From assembly GCA_020634455.1 (NCBI GenBank), contig JACKBQ010000002.1, positions 856,606 through 920,605 on the forward strand: DNA of 64,000 nt, given 5' to 3'. This DNA comes from Ardenticatenaceae bacterium (lineage in GTDB: Bacteria; Chloroflexota; Anaerolineae; Promineifilales; Promineifilaceae). Made by a program: the position numbers and the translations under genes. Below the pieces are notes generated by a model. That model worked only from the letters and a program-made list of their open reading frames with translations, was not told where the DNA came from and made no database searches. Below are positions 27,888 through 37,537 of the stretch, piece after piece. Positions within the stretch are counted from its first letter, which is position 1. Every line of letters begins with the position of its first letter.

Positions 27888-30377
27888 TTAGCTCTGATCC
27901 TCAATTGTCAACGTATACTCTCCACCATTGCCGTCATCCGTTGAAACTTCCAAAATTAACACGATGTCTGCGCCAAAATCTACACCTTCAAAGCCGGTGA
28001 AGGTTTTTGGCTCGGTGGTGGCGAGAAGTTCACCCATTTCATCGTAGACGGTGAGGACGAACAGCTGATCACTGCTGCTTTCCAGGATGAGACCTACCAC
28101 TTCGCCTGCGTTCAGAGTGACTGTGTAGCGGGTAGTGCTGTTGGGGTCGAGTACGGCCGTAACCGAATCCCCTAACACCAAACTTTCCCCTTCAGACACA
28201 GGCGTCGCTTCGCCATGAATGAAGGCAAACGCCGCCTCTAACACCGGGTCGCCCTCGCTGAACAGCGTCTCTTCTGTGAGCGGCACCACGATGTCGGGCA
28301 CTACGCCGATGCCTTCAATGTGGATGTTGCCATCTGGATCAACGGCCCGCCCCTGCGTAAAGCGGAACGTCTCGTCGGCGGGCATCGCCACGTCATCTAC
28401 GCTGCCGCCCAGCCCGGCAGTCGGGTACATGCCAATGATGGTGGCCCGGTCTTCCAACGTCAGGTCGTAGCTGAAAAACTCACACGCCGAGGCGCAATCT
28501 GGCCCCACCAGCACGACAATCTCGCCGTCGTAGCGAAACTCTTCTGAGGGCAGGAAGAACGCATCTTCATACTCTGGATTGGTGTAGAACTCACCCCGAT
28601 CTTCGTCGTAGAAACCGGTGTTGCCCGTCACCAGCGGCTCGTTAAAGAAGTAAGCGGCCATCTGGTCGGCCAAAAAGCCGCGCCCGCCTCCGTTTTTGCG
28701 CATGTCAATGATGATGGTGCCCACGCTGTTTTCGTTCATCTCCTGAATCATCCGCTCCCAAAGCTGGATGGTGAGTAGATCATTGTCGAAGAAGCTGAAA
28801 ATTTGCACGTAGCCCACCCCTTCGTCCGCTAGATAGTCGTATTCCAGCGGCAGCTCAAACCCATCGCGGGTTTCATCTTCCAGCCAGAAGTTGAAGCTGT
28901 CTACCTCGCCAACGGCCGTTAACGTCACCGTTTGTTCAGAGCCGCCCGGATTTTGGAAAGTGACCTCGACTTCGGTGCCTACCGGGAAGCGCGTGGCAAA
29001 CAGCAGTTGGTCCAGCCGCTGGCTGTGCGGCGTGCTGTACGGTGCAAAATAGCTCACTGTGCTGTCCAAATAGTCGCTAATCGGCTGGCCATTCATGGCC
29101 AAAATTTCGGTACGCAATTCCATGCCTGCCTCGGCCGCTGGACCGTCTTCGAGCAAAAAGTTGACCAAAACACGGCCGTCTGTCAGTTCCCGGATGGCAA
29201 TACCAATGCCGCCAATCGCGGCCGCCCGGAAATCTTCGCTAATGAACGGGCCAGAAATGTGCCCATCCGGGATTTGCCAGGCAAAATCGCGCAGCGCTCG
29301 CAGATATTCCATCTCGTCGCCGGCAGCATCAGCCACCTGAAAGCGGGGATGGAACTCGTCGCGCAGCGCTTCCCAATCAATGCCTTTGTATTCGGTGAAG
29401 GCGTACTCGTTTTTGAGCTGATCCACCAGCGCGTCAAACGCTTCGGTGTAGCTGAGGTCAGAGTAATCCACCAGCGCCGCCCCTTCTGGCTCGATGAGGT
29501 CAATCACAGGATTGCGCGAACGATCGAAAGTGAACGGCTCGGTGTCCATGTTCACAATCGTGTAGCCTTGTGGCAGCGTCACAATGGGGTCATCCTCGGT
29601 GAAGAGCAGACCATCCTCGCCGAAGCCGTTGGGGAAGCCTTGTTGCCCATCCTGGGCATACACCAGGAACGTACCGCCCACAATTTCCCGCTCCAATTCC
29701 GGATCATCGCTGATGATGGTAGAGGCGTAAGCCGTAGACCAGCCACCGCCACCCAGGTCGCGCTCTTCCAGGAACGGATCGCCAAAAACATTGTTCCAGT
29801 AAGCCACGGCAAACACCTGCACGCCAATGTCTTCTTCGCCGTCATTATCTACATCCCGCACACCCCCTTTGGGCGCAATGGGCAGGGCGATGGAGTAGTT
29901 GAAGGGAGAGGTGTAGAAATCTGAGGTGATTTGTCCCAGCGCTTGCGATTCTACCGGGAAGAGATAGTTTTCGTCTCGATCCACAAAACCGGCCTGGTCT
30001 TCCAAAATGACGACGGGTGCCGCCACGCCGACGTTGAAGAAGGGATTGGTGTACGTAACCTCACCTGTAATGCCCACGGGGCCGCCTTCATCGTTGACAA
30101 TTTCAGCAGGCGGGCCGGGCAAATTGGCGAGATCGGCCGTTGGCTCTTCGTCGGTAGCTGCGGGCGTGGGGGTTGGCGTACTTTCCACCGCTATTTCTGG
30201 CCCCGGCGTGGCGGTAATGACGACAGTTACCTGGACTTCGATGATTTCGGCCGTAGGTGCGGCATCGCCTTCGTCATCGTTTATGGGGCGGGGGGTGGGA
30301 GTGGGGTCTTCAGCGCAGGCTGCCAGCAGCAGACCCAGGCTGAGAAGCAAAATGAAAAGGGTGCGTAGTTGTTTCAT
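27888..30377 (-). CDS. S41 family peptidase lipoprotein with PDZ-like domain
   Basis: Signal peptide and lipobox LLLAAC. T/P-rich linker. S41 core motifs IIDMRKNGGGRGF and VVLVGPDCASACEFFS. AGGAG RBS. Confidence 0.85.
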   Translation of the reverse strand: MKQLRTLFILLLSLGLLLAACAEDPTPTPRPINDDEGDAAPTAEIIEVQVTVVITATPGPEIAVESTPTPTPAATDEEPTADLANLPGPPAEIVNDEGGPVGITGEVTYTNPFFNVGVAAPVVILEDQAGFVDRDENYLFPVESQALGQITSDFYTSPFNYSIALPIAPKGGVRDVDNDGEEDIGVQVFAVAYWNNVFGDPFLEERDLGGGGWSTAYASTIISDDPELEREIVGGTFLVYAQDGQQGFPNGFGEDGLLFTEDDPIVTLPQGYTIVNMDTEPFTFDRSRNPVIDLIEPEGAALVDYSDLSYTEAFDALVDQLKNEYAFTEYKGIDWEALRDEFHPRFQVADAAGDEMEYLRALRDFAWQIPDGHISGPFISEDFRAAAIGGIGIAIRELTDGRVLVNFLLEDGPAAEAGMELRTEILAMNGQPISDYLDSTVSYFAPYSTPHSQRLDQLLFATRFPVGTEVEVTFQNPGGSEQTVTLTAVGEVDSFNFWLEDETRDGFELPLEYDYLADEGVGYVQIFSFFDNDLLTIQLWERMIQEMNENSVGTIIIDMRKNGGGRGFLADQMAAYFFNEPLVTGNTGFYDEDRGEFYTNPEYEDAFFLPSEEFRYDGEIVVLVGPDCASACEFFSYDLTLEDRATIIGMYPTAGLGGSVDDVAMPADETFRFTQGRAVDPDGNIHIEGIGVVPDIVVPLTEETLFSEGDPVLEAAFAFIHGEATPVSEGESLVLGDSVTAVLDPNSTTRYTVTLNAGEVVGLILESSSDQLFVLTVYDEMGELLATTEPKTFTGFEGVDFGADIVLILEVSTDDGNGGEYTLTIEDQS

Positions 30378-30453
30378 GAGTTCTCCTAAAAGAAACCTCC
30401 TGGAGGTTTGATTATAAAGACCGTTTTAGTCGAATTCTCCGGGCGGTTGTTGG

Positions 30454-32538
30454 TTATTGGGTAAGTTCCAAATTGTAATGTGCCGGTTCCAGGGTCATGG
30501 GGCTGGTGGCGGTGATGATGATGAACGGCCGTCTGCCACTCCCGGAACTTGCCAATGAAAATTGTGCTGTCGCCGTGTTGTCTTCGGCCAGCGCCACTTC
30601 AGTGATGGAGGGGGTGTCGTTTTCGTAGGTCACCAGCAGCACATGCCACCGCTGGGGAATATAGCCGGTCGCCCGCACGAACCCTTCCGCCAGCCAGCCT
30701 TCGTCGCTTTCTGCGCCATCGTAAAACCCTATGTCGGAGATGGCGATGTTGTCGAAGGCAATGCCGCCAAAGGTCAAAATGGGGTCGGTGACGTACTCAA
30801 AGCGAATCTGTACCGTTTGCCCGGCGTAAGCAGACAGGTTAATGCTTTCGTTGACCCAACCGTCACTGCGGTCGGTGTAGAAGCGGTCGGTGTAAGCGGC
30901 GTCTGCTGGATCATCGGCGTCGTTTGCGCCCTGCATGTTGTCGGCAGTCAGCCCCTGCCAGGTTGTGCCGCCGTCGGTGGAGATGGAGACGTAGGCAAAG
31001 TCGTAGCCCACTTCAATGTCGTGGAAGACGGCGTATTCCAGCGTAGCGTTGCTCACGTCGCTCAGGTCAAATTCGCGGGTGAGGCGCATGTTGCTGTAGT
31101 TGGCCCGGTTGGCCAGCCACATCTGTTCACCAGAATTGGGCAGCACCTCGATGAGCGGCACGTGGTTGCTGCCGGTAAAGCTGAGCGTGGCGCTGCCACT
31201 GCCAGAAAGTTGGTAGTAGTCGGCGGCGTATTGGCTGACAGTGGTGTTGGTGCTGCTGGGGAAGTTGTTGATGCCGGTGTAAGCGGCCGTATTCAACCCA
31301 TCGCGCAGCGAATAAACGGCAGGGGCATTGGGATCGTCGTGAATGGCCAGCGCCACCAGCCAATCCAGGAAGATGGACATGCCGTCAAAATCGAGGCCGT
31401 TTTGGGCGGCAATGGCATCCAGGGCGGCAAAACCGGGTTCTGGGTGGGTGGCAAAGTCGCGGTACACCTTTTCACCAAGCCGGTTGTAGATGTACCGATT
31501 CATCACGTACCCCTGACCGTAAAAGGGAAGCGTGTTGCCATCGCCCCAGCGATTTAGCTGCTGGTCTGGGTTGCTCAGGAACATGTTGCCCCGGCTGATG
31601 GGATCGCCGCTGAAGCCGAGCAAATCTTCGGCCAGCATGGCGGAGCCTTCAACTTCCCAATCCCAGTCGTTGGCGTCGTAGTTCGCTTCGATCATGTGGC
31701 GGAATTCGTGGGCCAGGATATCCAGGTATGTACTGCTGCCAAAGAAGCTGCCGTTCATGACAAACATTTCGCGCTCGTTGGAGCTGGGGTCTACGCTTTG
31801 GGGCAGGATGTCGCTGGAGCCAAAATAGCCGCCCAGACCGCAAAAGCTGGCGGTGCTTTCGGTGACATCGCACACCGAAAGCGGCGAGGCATTGACGATG
31901 TGAATGCGCGGGTCGCCATCAATGCCTGGGCTGTCTTCTGGGCCAAAAAGGAGCGTGTCATGCTCGTAAATTTCATCGAAGGCGGCCCCGGTTTGGGTCA
32001 GCGCTTGCGCTGAAGGGGCGGTGAGGCCAGGCGTGGTGTCGAACCAGAAGTAAGCGTGGTCGCTTACATACAGCAAGTCGAAATCAGGGGAAGAGAGGGT
32101 GTTGACGTCGGTATTGAGGATGGTAATTGGTTCCCTATCGCCAATGGTGTAATTTTTGGGTGTAGGTGGGTTTGTTGGCAGTTCCGTCAGGCCTCGGTAG
32201 GCAATGGCCAATTGCACATCGTCTCGCTCTGGCGGGTAGTTGGCTTCCAAATCGGCAAAGGTGGTTTGTTCGGCGGGGGTGACGGGGGCGCGGCTCAAAT
32301 CGTTATACGCTTTGACTGGGGCGGGCCAGGTGTGGCCGGACGGATTTGGTGTGTTGGTGGGAGTGGGTGGTACGGCCGTTTCCTCCACAGCTATTTCGGT
32401 AGGTGCAATGGTTTCAGTTGGTGTTGGCTCCTCTGGCTCTTCCGGGCGGGGTGTGGCCGTTGGCTCACGGTTCTCGGTGCAGGCGACCAAAACAAGCAGC
32501 AATAATCCAACTCCTAACCAGCGTTTCCAATTGTGCAT
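30454..32538 (-). CDS. secreted zinc metallopeptidase lipoprotein, immune-inhibitor-A (M6)-like
   Basis: ATG 32536-32538 follows GAGGAG. Lipobox LVLVAC. HEFRHM (HExxH). C-terminal DIEVGYDFAYVSISTDGGTTW ... LSAYAGQTVQIRFEYVTD resembles M6 family members. The 95 extra N-terminal codons in the track model overlap the P450 gene and a hairpin. Confidence 0.75.
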   Translation of the reverse strand: MHNWKRWLGVGLLLLVLVACTENREPTATPRPEEPEEPTPTETIAPTEIAVEETAVPPTPTNTPNPSGHTWPAPVKAYNDLSRAPVTPAEQTTFADLEANYPPERDDVQLAIAYRGLTELPTNPPTPKNYTIGDREPITILNTDVNTLSSPDFDLLYVSDHAYFWFDTTPGLTAPSAQALTQTGAAFDEIYEHDTLLFGPEDSPGIDGDPRIHIVNASPLSVCDVTESTASFCGLGGYFGSSDILPQSVDPSSNEREMFVMNGSFFGSSTYLDILAHEFRHMIEANYDANDWDWEVEGSAMLAEDLLGFSGDPISRGNMFLSNPDQQLNRWGDGNTLPFYGQGYVMNRYIYNRLGEKVYRDFATHPEPGFAALDAIAAQNGLDFDGMSIFLDWLVALAIHDDPNAPAVYSLRDGLNTAAYTGINNFPSSTNTTVSQYAADYYQLSGSGSATLSFTGSNHVPLIEVLPNSGEQMWLANRANYSNMRLTREFDLSDVSNATLEYAVFHDIEVGYDFAYVSISTDGGTTWQGLTADNMQGANDADDPADAAYTDRFYTDRSDGWVNESINLSAYAGQTVQIRFEYVTDPILTFGGIAFDNIAISDIGFYDGAESDEGWLAEGFVRATGYIPQRWHVLLVTYENDTPSITEVALAEDNTATAQFSLASSGSGRRPFIIITATSPMTLEPAHYNLELTQ

Positions 32539-32628
32539 AAAAAGCTCCTCGGTGTTGTTTGTGTGGATTATAAAGGGGATTGGGTTAACAATGAAGTGGT
32601 TAGGACCAAGGGGTAATGATCTGTTTAG

Positions 32629-32657
32629 GTAGAGGCGTTGCCATGCAACGCCTCTAC
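32629..32657 (-). terminator. perfect 13-bp hairpin immediately after the P450 stop (no T-run)
   Basis: GTAGAGGCGTTGC (32629-32641), loop CAT, GCAACGCCTCTAC (32645-32657). Confidence 0.5.
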
Positions 32658-32660
32658 GAA

Positions 32661-34046
32661 TTATCGTGGGGTCAACGTCATCAACAGCTGCCCTTTGGGG
32701 CGCAGGGTGATGAGCGGTTCTAGTTCCACCTGCGTGCCGGGGAGCAGCGTTAGCCGGTAGCGCTGCACGATGGCGGCCAGCAGCAAAATCGCTTCTGTCA
32801 TGGCGAAGCTGTTGCCGATGCAAATGCGTGGCCCACCGCCAAAGGGCAGGTAGGCGTAACGCGGCCGTTCGGCTTTGCGCTCTGGCGTAAACCGTTGCGG
32901 ATCAAATCGCTCTGGTTCGTCCCAAAATTCCGGGTGGCGGTGGGTAACGTAGGAACTCATGGTGATGACTGAATTTTTAGGGACATAAAAGCCGCCAACT
33001 TCATCTTCGTCGTTGCCCCAGCGGGCCAGGGCGTAGGCGGGTGGGTAGAGCCGCATACTTTCTTCGATGACCATCGTGGTGTAGGTAAGGTTGGGTACGT
33101 CGTCAATGGTGGGCAAACGGCCGTTTAACACCGCATCTACCTCCGCTTCCAGTTCCGCCAACAGTTCCGGGTGTTCAGATAGCAGGTAAAAGGTCCAGGC
33201 CAGGGAAACGGCCGTTGTTTCGTGGCCGGCCAGCATGATGGTCATTACCTCGTCGTGGAGCTGCTGGTCGCTCATGCCTTCGCCAGTTTCTTCATCGCGG
33301 GCGGCCATGAGCATACCGAGCAAATCTTCACTTTCCAGCCCCGATTTGCGCCGCTCCTGGATGATGCTGTGGACGACCTGGGTGAGTACGGCCGTATGCT
33401 TGTTTATCCGTCGTGAGCTGGGCAAGAATGGAATTTTGAGACCAATATCGGCAAAAGGGATGCCGGTAAGCCGGGCAATTTCCTCGTTGACGGCCGAAAA
33501 AGAACCTCCCACTGTGTCGGCTTCCCGCGTTAAATCAATGCTGAACAACGTTTTGCCCACAATTTCCAGCGTCAGGTGCATCATGGCGGCGTTGATGTCG
33601 AGGGGACGGCCGTCTTTGGCCAGCGTGTGCCAGTTTTCCAGCATCGAATCGGCTGCGGCCGTCATGGTGGTGGCAAAGTCAGCAATGCGCTTGCGGTGAA
33701 AGGCAGGCGATGCCAGCCGCCGCTGCCGCCGCCAAAAATCGCCGTCACTCGTGAGCAGGCCATTGCCTATTACGGGGCGCAGCAGGCTTAGCGACGGGTG
33801 TGGCATTTTGGTGTAGTTGCGGTTGTTGTCCTGCAAAATCTGCTTGTAATGGTCGGGATGGAAGAACAGGTAGCCATAAAAATTAAACGCCGCACGAAAG
33901 CGAATCGCATCGCCAAATTCATGAAACATTGCCATCATCGTGCGCAGCGGATCATCTTGAAACTGTTTGAGAACGCCCTGGGGCCATTGACCCATCGGGC
34001 CAGGGGGGTGGGGCAGGTGCACCTGCCGGTTTTGTACGGTTGTCAT
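32661..34046 (-). CDS. cytochrome P450
   Basis: Heme-thiolate loop FGGGPRICIGNSFA, ExxR (EESMR), I-helix AGHETT. 461 aa. Confidence 0.93.
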   Translation of the reverse strand: MTTVQNRQVHLPHPPGPMGQWPQGVLKQFQDDPLRTMMAMFHEFGDAIRFRAAFNFYGYLFFHPDHYKQILQDNNRNYTKMPHPSLSLLRPVIGNGLLTSDGDFWRRQRRLASPAFHRKRIADFATTMTAAADSMLENWHTLAKDGRPLDINAAMMHLTLEIVGKTLFSIDLTREADTVGGSFSAVNEEIARLTGIPFADIGLKIPFLPSSRRINKHTAVLTQVVHSIIQERRKSGLESEDLLGMLMAARDEETGEGMSDQQLHDEVMTIMLAGHETTAVSLAWTFYLLSEHPELLAELEAEVDAVLNGRLPTIDDVPNLTYTTMVIEESMRLYPPAYALARWGNDEDEVGGFYVPKNSVITMSSYVTHRHPEFWDEPERFDPQRFTPERKAERPRYAYLPFGGGPRICIGNSFAMTEAILLLAAIVQRYRLTLLPGTQVELEPLITLRPKGQLLMTLTPR

Positions 34047-34098
34047 CGGTTTACTCCGTTAAATTAGTTAGCAAGTTGTGAACAATTTCACAAGGCCG

Positions 34099-34128
34099 AT
34101 TTTAACAAATGGCTGAGCGAGGTGTCAA
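34099..34128 (-). promoter_or_regulatory. candidate sigma-70-type promoter for the P450 gene
   Basis: The minus strand reads TTGACA (34128-34123), an 18-nt spacer, then TGtTAAAAT (extended -10, 34107-34099), about 50 nt upstream of the start codon. Confidence 0.35.
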
Positions 34129-34168
34129 GATGGGAAACGGCCGTACAGTAGTTCGAATTATGGGGTAG

Positions 34169-34231
34169 GGGCGGGACGACCGGGCGAGATAGTTGCCTGG
34201 CGCATGGCGATGTCCCCCGGTCGTCTCGCCC
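34169..34231 (+). other. 16-bp-stem hairpin in the divergent P450/RHH spacer
   Basis: GGGCGGGACGACCGGG (34169-34184) pairs with CCCGGTCGTCTCGCCC (34216-34231). The single non-Watson-Crick position is G-U on the plus strand and C-A on the minus strand. 31-nt loop. Confidence 0.55.
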
Positions 34232-34327
34232 AGAAAGGTTGTTGGGTGAGACGGCACGCGGAGAAGGCCACACGGTTCAGGTAAAACCATGCCACGCCGT
34301 CCCATTCCTGCCAGGCTTGATTGGGGC

Positions 34328-34355
34328 TTGACGATCGGGTAAAAATTTGTAAAAT
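34328..34355 (+). promoter_or_regulatory. candidate sigma-70-type promoter for the RHH gene
   Basis: TTGACG (34328-34333), 16-nt spacer, TAAAAT (34350-34355), about 50 nt upstream of ATG 34406. Confidence 0.35.
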
Positions 34356-34405
34356 ACGCCGTGCACCATCCATTTGGATGGTATATAGATGATAATGAGG
34401 CGAAA

Positions 34406-34792
34406 ATGGCAGATAGCGAAAAAATTACAATCAATATGAGCGTGGTGGATTTGGGCAAGATTGATTTGCTGGTGGAGGAAGGATTTTACTCGAATCGCAC
34501 CGATTTTATTCGCACGGGGATTCGCAATCAGCTAGACAAACATGCGGAGGAAGTCAAGCAGTCGGTGACGCGCAAGACGATGGCGGTGGGGGTGGTGGGT
34601 TACGGCCGTTCCTACCTGGAAGAGCGCCGTGCCGCTGGTGAAAAAGTGTCCGCCTGGGTGGTGGGCAGCCTGTTCATCGAAAATGATGTCTCGGCGGAAC
34701 TGGCGCTGGACACAATTGAGTCCATCAAAGTGTATGGGGTGTTTAAGGCCAGCGACAAAGTGAAAAATGCGCTTATGAGCCGCATTTTGTGA
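34406..34792 (+). CDS. ribbon-helix-helix (CopG/Arc/MetJ-like) domain protein
   Basis: KITINMSVVDLGKIDLLVEEGFYSNRTDFIRTGIRNQL matches the RHH beta-alpha-alpha pattern. GAGG upstream of ATG 34406 (the track ORF starts at 34361). About 80-aa uncharacterised C-terminus. Confidence 0.65.
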   Translation: MADSEKITINMSVVDLGKIDLLVEEGFYSNRTDFIRTGIRNQLDKHAEEVKQSVTRKTMAVGVVGYGRSYLEERRAAGEKVSAWVVGSLFIENDVSAELALDTIESIKVYGVFKASDKVKNALMSRIL

Positions 34793-34807
34793 TTGGGGCT
34801 TGGGTCT

Positions 34808-35608
34808 TTAGCAACTCTTGAGTATGGTGAGCATCTGGTCGTGAATACGGCCGTTACTCACCACCAACGACATCTTCCGCACCATCTCCACCGGGGAGCC
34901 ATCGGTAAAGGTAACTTTGCCCCCCGCTTCTTCCGCAATCAGGCGGGCTGCCGCCATGTCCCAGCAGTACAGCTTGAACTCCCAATACCCGTCCAGCCGA
35001 CCAGCGGCTACGTAGGCCATGTCCAGCGCCGCCGAACCGGGTCGCCGGATGCCCTGTGCCGCCCGCAGAAACGCCGCCACTTGCCGCACGTTGTTGTCGT
35101 CACTGGTTTGGCGGTCGTAGGGAAAGCCGGTGGCCAGCAGGCTGCTAACCAGTTCGGTTTCGGTGGAGACGTGGAGCTGCTGTTTGCTGCCATCGTTTTT
35201 TGTTAGAAATGCGCCTTGATGGGAAACGGCCGTAAACAACTCCCCCCGCGTCGGATCAAACAACACGCCCAGCAGCGGTTTTTCCCCCTCGTACAAGGCA
35301 ATCGAGACGCAAAAGATGGGGAAGCCGTGCGCAAAATTGTTGGTGCCGTCCAGCGGGTCCACGTACCAGGTGTAGCCCGCTGTGCCCGCGTCGTCGGTGC
35401 CTTCTTCGCCGATGAAGCCGTGGTTGGGATACTCCGCCCGCAAGCGCGAGAAGATCAGCTCCTCGGCAGCTTTGTCGTACTGCGTCACCCAATCCACCGC
35501 CGAACTTTTGCGCTCGATATTTTTTTGCTGGCTAAATCCGTCTAAAAGCAGCTGCCCGGCTTCCCTGGCAATAGCAACGGCCGTTGCCAGCCCATCTTCC
35601 AAATTCAT
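34808..35608 (-). CDS. inositol monophosphatase family phosphatase (SuhB/ImpA-like)
   Basis: Motifs WYVDPLDGTNNFAHG and WDMAAARLIAEEAGG. Confidence 0.88.
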   Translation of the reverse strand: MNLEDGLATAVAIAREAGQLLLDGFSQQKNIERKSSAVDWVTQYDKAAEELIFSRLRAEYPNHGFIGEEGTDDAGTAGYTWYVDPLDGTNNFAHGFPIFCVSIALYEGEKPLLGVLFDPTRGELFTAVSHQGAFLTKNDGSKQQLHVSTETELVSSLLATGFPYDRQTSDDNNVRQVAAFLRAAQGIRRPGSAALDMAYVAAGRLDGYWEFKLYCWDMAAARLIAEEAGGKVTFTDGSPVEMVRKMSLVVSNGRIHDQMLTILKSC

Positions 35609-35623
35609 AAAACCTTCCTAAAA

Positions 35624-35706
35624 CACCCTCACCCCAGCCCTCTCCCTCAAAGGGAGAGGGAGCAAAAGTCCCCTCCCCCTCGCAGGGGGAGGGCTAGGGT
35701 GGGGGT
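35624..35706 (-). repeat. GGGAGAGGG-type hairpin element, long copy, after the ptsI stop
   Basis: CACCCTCACCCCAGCCCTCTCCCTCAAAGGGAGAGGG AGCAAAAGTCCCCTCCCCCTCGCAGGGGGAGGG CTAGGGTGGGGGT. Same termini as 190-238, with a second internal hairpin (CCCTCCCCC/GGGGGAGGG). Confidence 0.7.
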
Positions 35707-35712
35707 AAATTT

Positions 35713-37446
35713 TCATTCCATTTCGCTGACTTTTTCTTCCAGATACGCCTTCACTTCTTTGGCGGTGGCCAGCTCCAGCACGTGGGCTGCCAGACCGTGA
35801 CACGCCACCCGGCTGCAGCGACGCAACATCGCCTTCACCGCCGGAATCGCTGCTGGAGCCATGCTGAATTCGTCCAATCCTAACCCCAACAGCAGCGGCG
35901 CAGCCAGCGGATCGCCTGCAAACTCGCCGCAAAGTCCCACCCATTTGCCATGCTTGTGGGCGTTAAAAATGGTGGTGGCGATGAGATTCAGCACGGCGGG
36001 ATGATAGGGCGTGGCCAACGGTGCGACTCGTTCGTTGGTACGGTCCACCGCCAGTGTATATTGGGTCAAATCGTTGGTGCCGATGCTAAAGAAATCCACA
36101 TAGTTTGAAAAATGGGGTACTTGTAAAGCGGCCGCTGGAATTTCTACCATAATGCCAAATTGCAATTTTTCTGGCACTGGTATGCCTTCATCGTGTAGGT
36201 CGGTACGCGCTTGATCCAGCATGGCGCGGGCCTGCTTCACTTCGTCAATGTTGGATACCATTGGCACCATGATGCGCAGGTCGGTGGGCTGGCTGGTGGC
36301 CCCAGCGGCACGCAGCAGGGCGCGGAACTGATGGTACAGTACGTCGGGGCGCTCATCCATCATGCGGATGGCGCGCCAGCCCAAAAATGGATTTGGCTCA
36401 GCGGTGAAGCCGAGGTAGCTGACGGCTTTGTCGCCACCGATGTCCAGAGTGCGCACGACCAACGGCCGTTCCCCCATAATCTCGAAAATTTCCTGGTAAG
36501 CGGCCGTTTGTTCATCCTCACCCGGCATACTGTCCCGATCTAAGTAAAGGAATTCGGTGCGGAACAGCCCCACGCCCTCCGCGCCGTAGGTGAGCGCGGT
36601 TTGGGCGTCGGCCGCACCACCAATGTTGGCCACTACTTCTACTTGATGGCCGTCGGTGGTAACGGCCGTTTCCAAGGCCGCCTGTAACGCCACATCCTGT
36701 TGTCGCTGCCAGGCTGCCTGGGCAGATTTTGCCTGCTGTAAAGTCGCTTCATCAGGATTGAGCGTCACCTGACCCGTGCTGCCATCCAAAATGAGCGTGG
36801 ATTTGCCATCAATGAGTGCCAGCGGCAGCGGCAGACTGACAATGGCCGGAATGCCCAGGCTGCGGGCCAAAATGGCGGTGTGGCTGGTGGGGCCGCCGCG
36901 CACGGTGGCCAGCGCCAGCAGCCGATCTTTGGGAAACTGCACTGTGTCGGACGGTGTGAGATCATCGGCCAAAACAATGACAGGTCGGTTGGGAAAATCA
37001 GCATGATCATCAGCGATGCCCATCAGGCAGCGGATAATGCGCTGTCCCACATCGCGCACGTCTACGGCACGGGCCTGAAAATATTCATCTTCTACAGCTA
37101 AAAGCGCCTCGGCGTACTGCTCAATCGCCTGGGAAACGGCCGCTTCTGCATTCAACTGTTCCCCTTCAACCATCATTTCGATGCTTTCAATCAGGTCAGG
37201 GTCTTGCAAAAAAAGCTGGTGAGCTTCAAAAATGGCCGCTTCTTCGTAGCCGATCGTTTCCAGCGTGTGCTTTTCCAACGCTTGCAGCTGGGATTCGGCC
37301 GTTTTGAGGGCATCGTGAAAACGTTTAATCTCTTCCAAAGGATTGGCAATGGTGTGGCTGGCGACGGCAACGGCCGTTGGCGCATACACCCACACAGACC
37401 CAATGGCAATCCCCGGCGAGGCGGGCAAACCAGTAAACTGTTTCAT
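35713..37446 (-). CDS. ptsI: phosphoenolpyruvate-protein phosphotransferase (PTS Enzyme I)
   Basis: Phospho-His motif GGPTSHTAILARSLGIPA, FFSIGTNDLTQY, and a PEP-utilising C-terminal barrel. ATG 37446 lies after GAGGAAG (the track start is GTG 37452). Confidence 0.95.
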   Translation of the reverse strand: MKQFTGLPASPGIAIGSVWVYAPTAVAVASHTIANPLEEIKRFHDALKTAESQLQALEKHTLETIGYEEAAIFEAHQLFLQDPDLIESIEMMVEGEQLNAEAAVSQAIEQYAEALLAVEDEYFQARAVDVRDVGQRIIRCLMGIADDHADFPNRPVIVLADDLTPSDTVQFPKDRLLALATVRGGPTSHTAILARSLGIPAIVSLPLPLALIDGKSTLILDGSTGQVTLNPDEATLQQAKSAQAAWQRQQDVALQAALETAVTTDGHQVEVVANIGGAADAQTALTYGAEGVGLFRTEFLYLDRDSMPGEDEQTAAYQEIFEIMGERPLVVRTLDIGGDKAVSYLGFTAEPNPFLGWRAIRMMDERPDVLYHQFRALLRAAGATSQPTDLRIMVPMVSNIDEVKQARAMLDQARTDLHDEGIPVPEKLQFGIMVEIPAAALQVPHFSNYVDFFSIGTNDLTQYTLAVDRTNERVAPLATPYHPAVLNLIATTIFNAHKHGKWVGLCGEFAGDPLAAPLLLGLGLDEFSMAPAAIPAVKAMLRRCSRVACHGLAAHVLELATAKEVKAYLEEKVSEME

Positions 37447-37471
37447 ACACACTTCCTCTAATTCTTAAACT

Positions 37472-37533
37472 ATCCGCAGATTACGCAGATTCTCGCAGAT
37501 TTTTTTAGTTTTAATCTGCGTTACTCTGCGGAT
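37472..37533 (-). repeat. CGCAGAT-word hairpin between E2 and ptsI
   Basis: ATCCGCAGATTACGCAGATTCTCGCAGAT, T-rich loop, AATCTGCGTTACTCTGCGGAT. The arms are 2-3 tandem 9-10-nt words. Confidence 0.75.
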
Positions 37534-37537
37534 AAAT

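Noticed and set aside
32539-32823. The 95-codon N-terminal extension of the M6-like peptidase ORF (track model 30454-32823).
   Set aside because: It overlaps the 3' end of the P450 gene and translates a perfect spacer hairpin. An ATG at 32538 with a GAGGAG RBS gives a normal signal peptide and lipobox.
34100-34165. A TTCGAAT T-loop-like motif near 34150 as a possible tRNA. More generally, tRNA or rRNA genes in any spacer.
   Set aside because: The flanking bases do not form a T-stem or acceptor stem on either strand. No other spacer shows cloverleaf potential. No rRNA-like sequence was seen.
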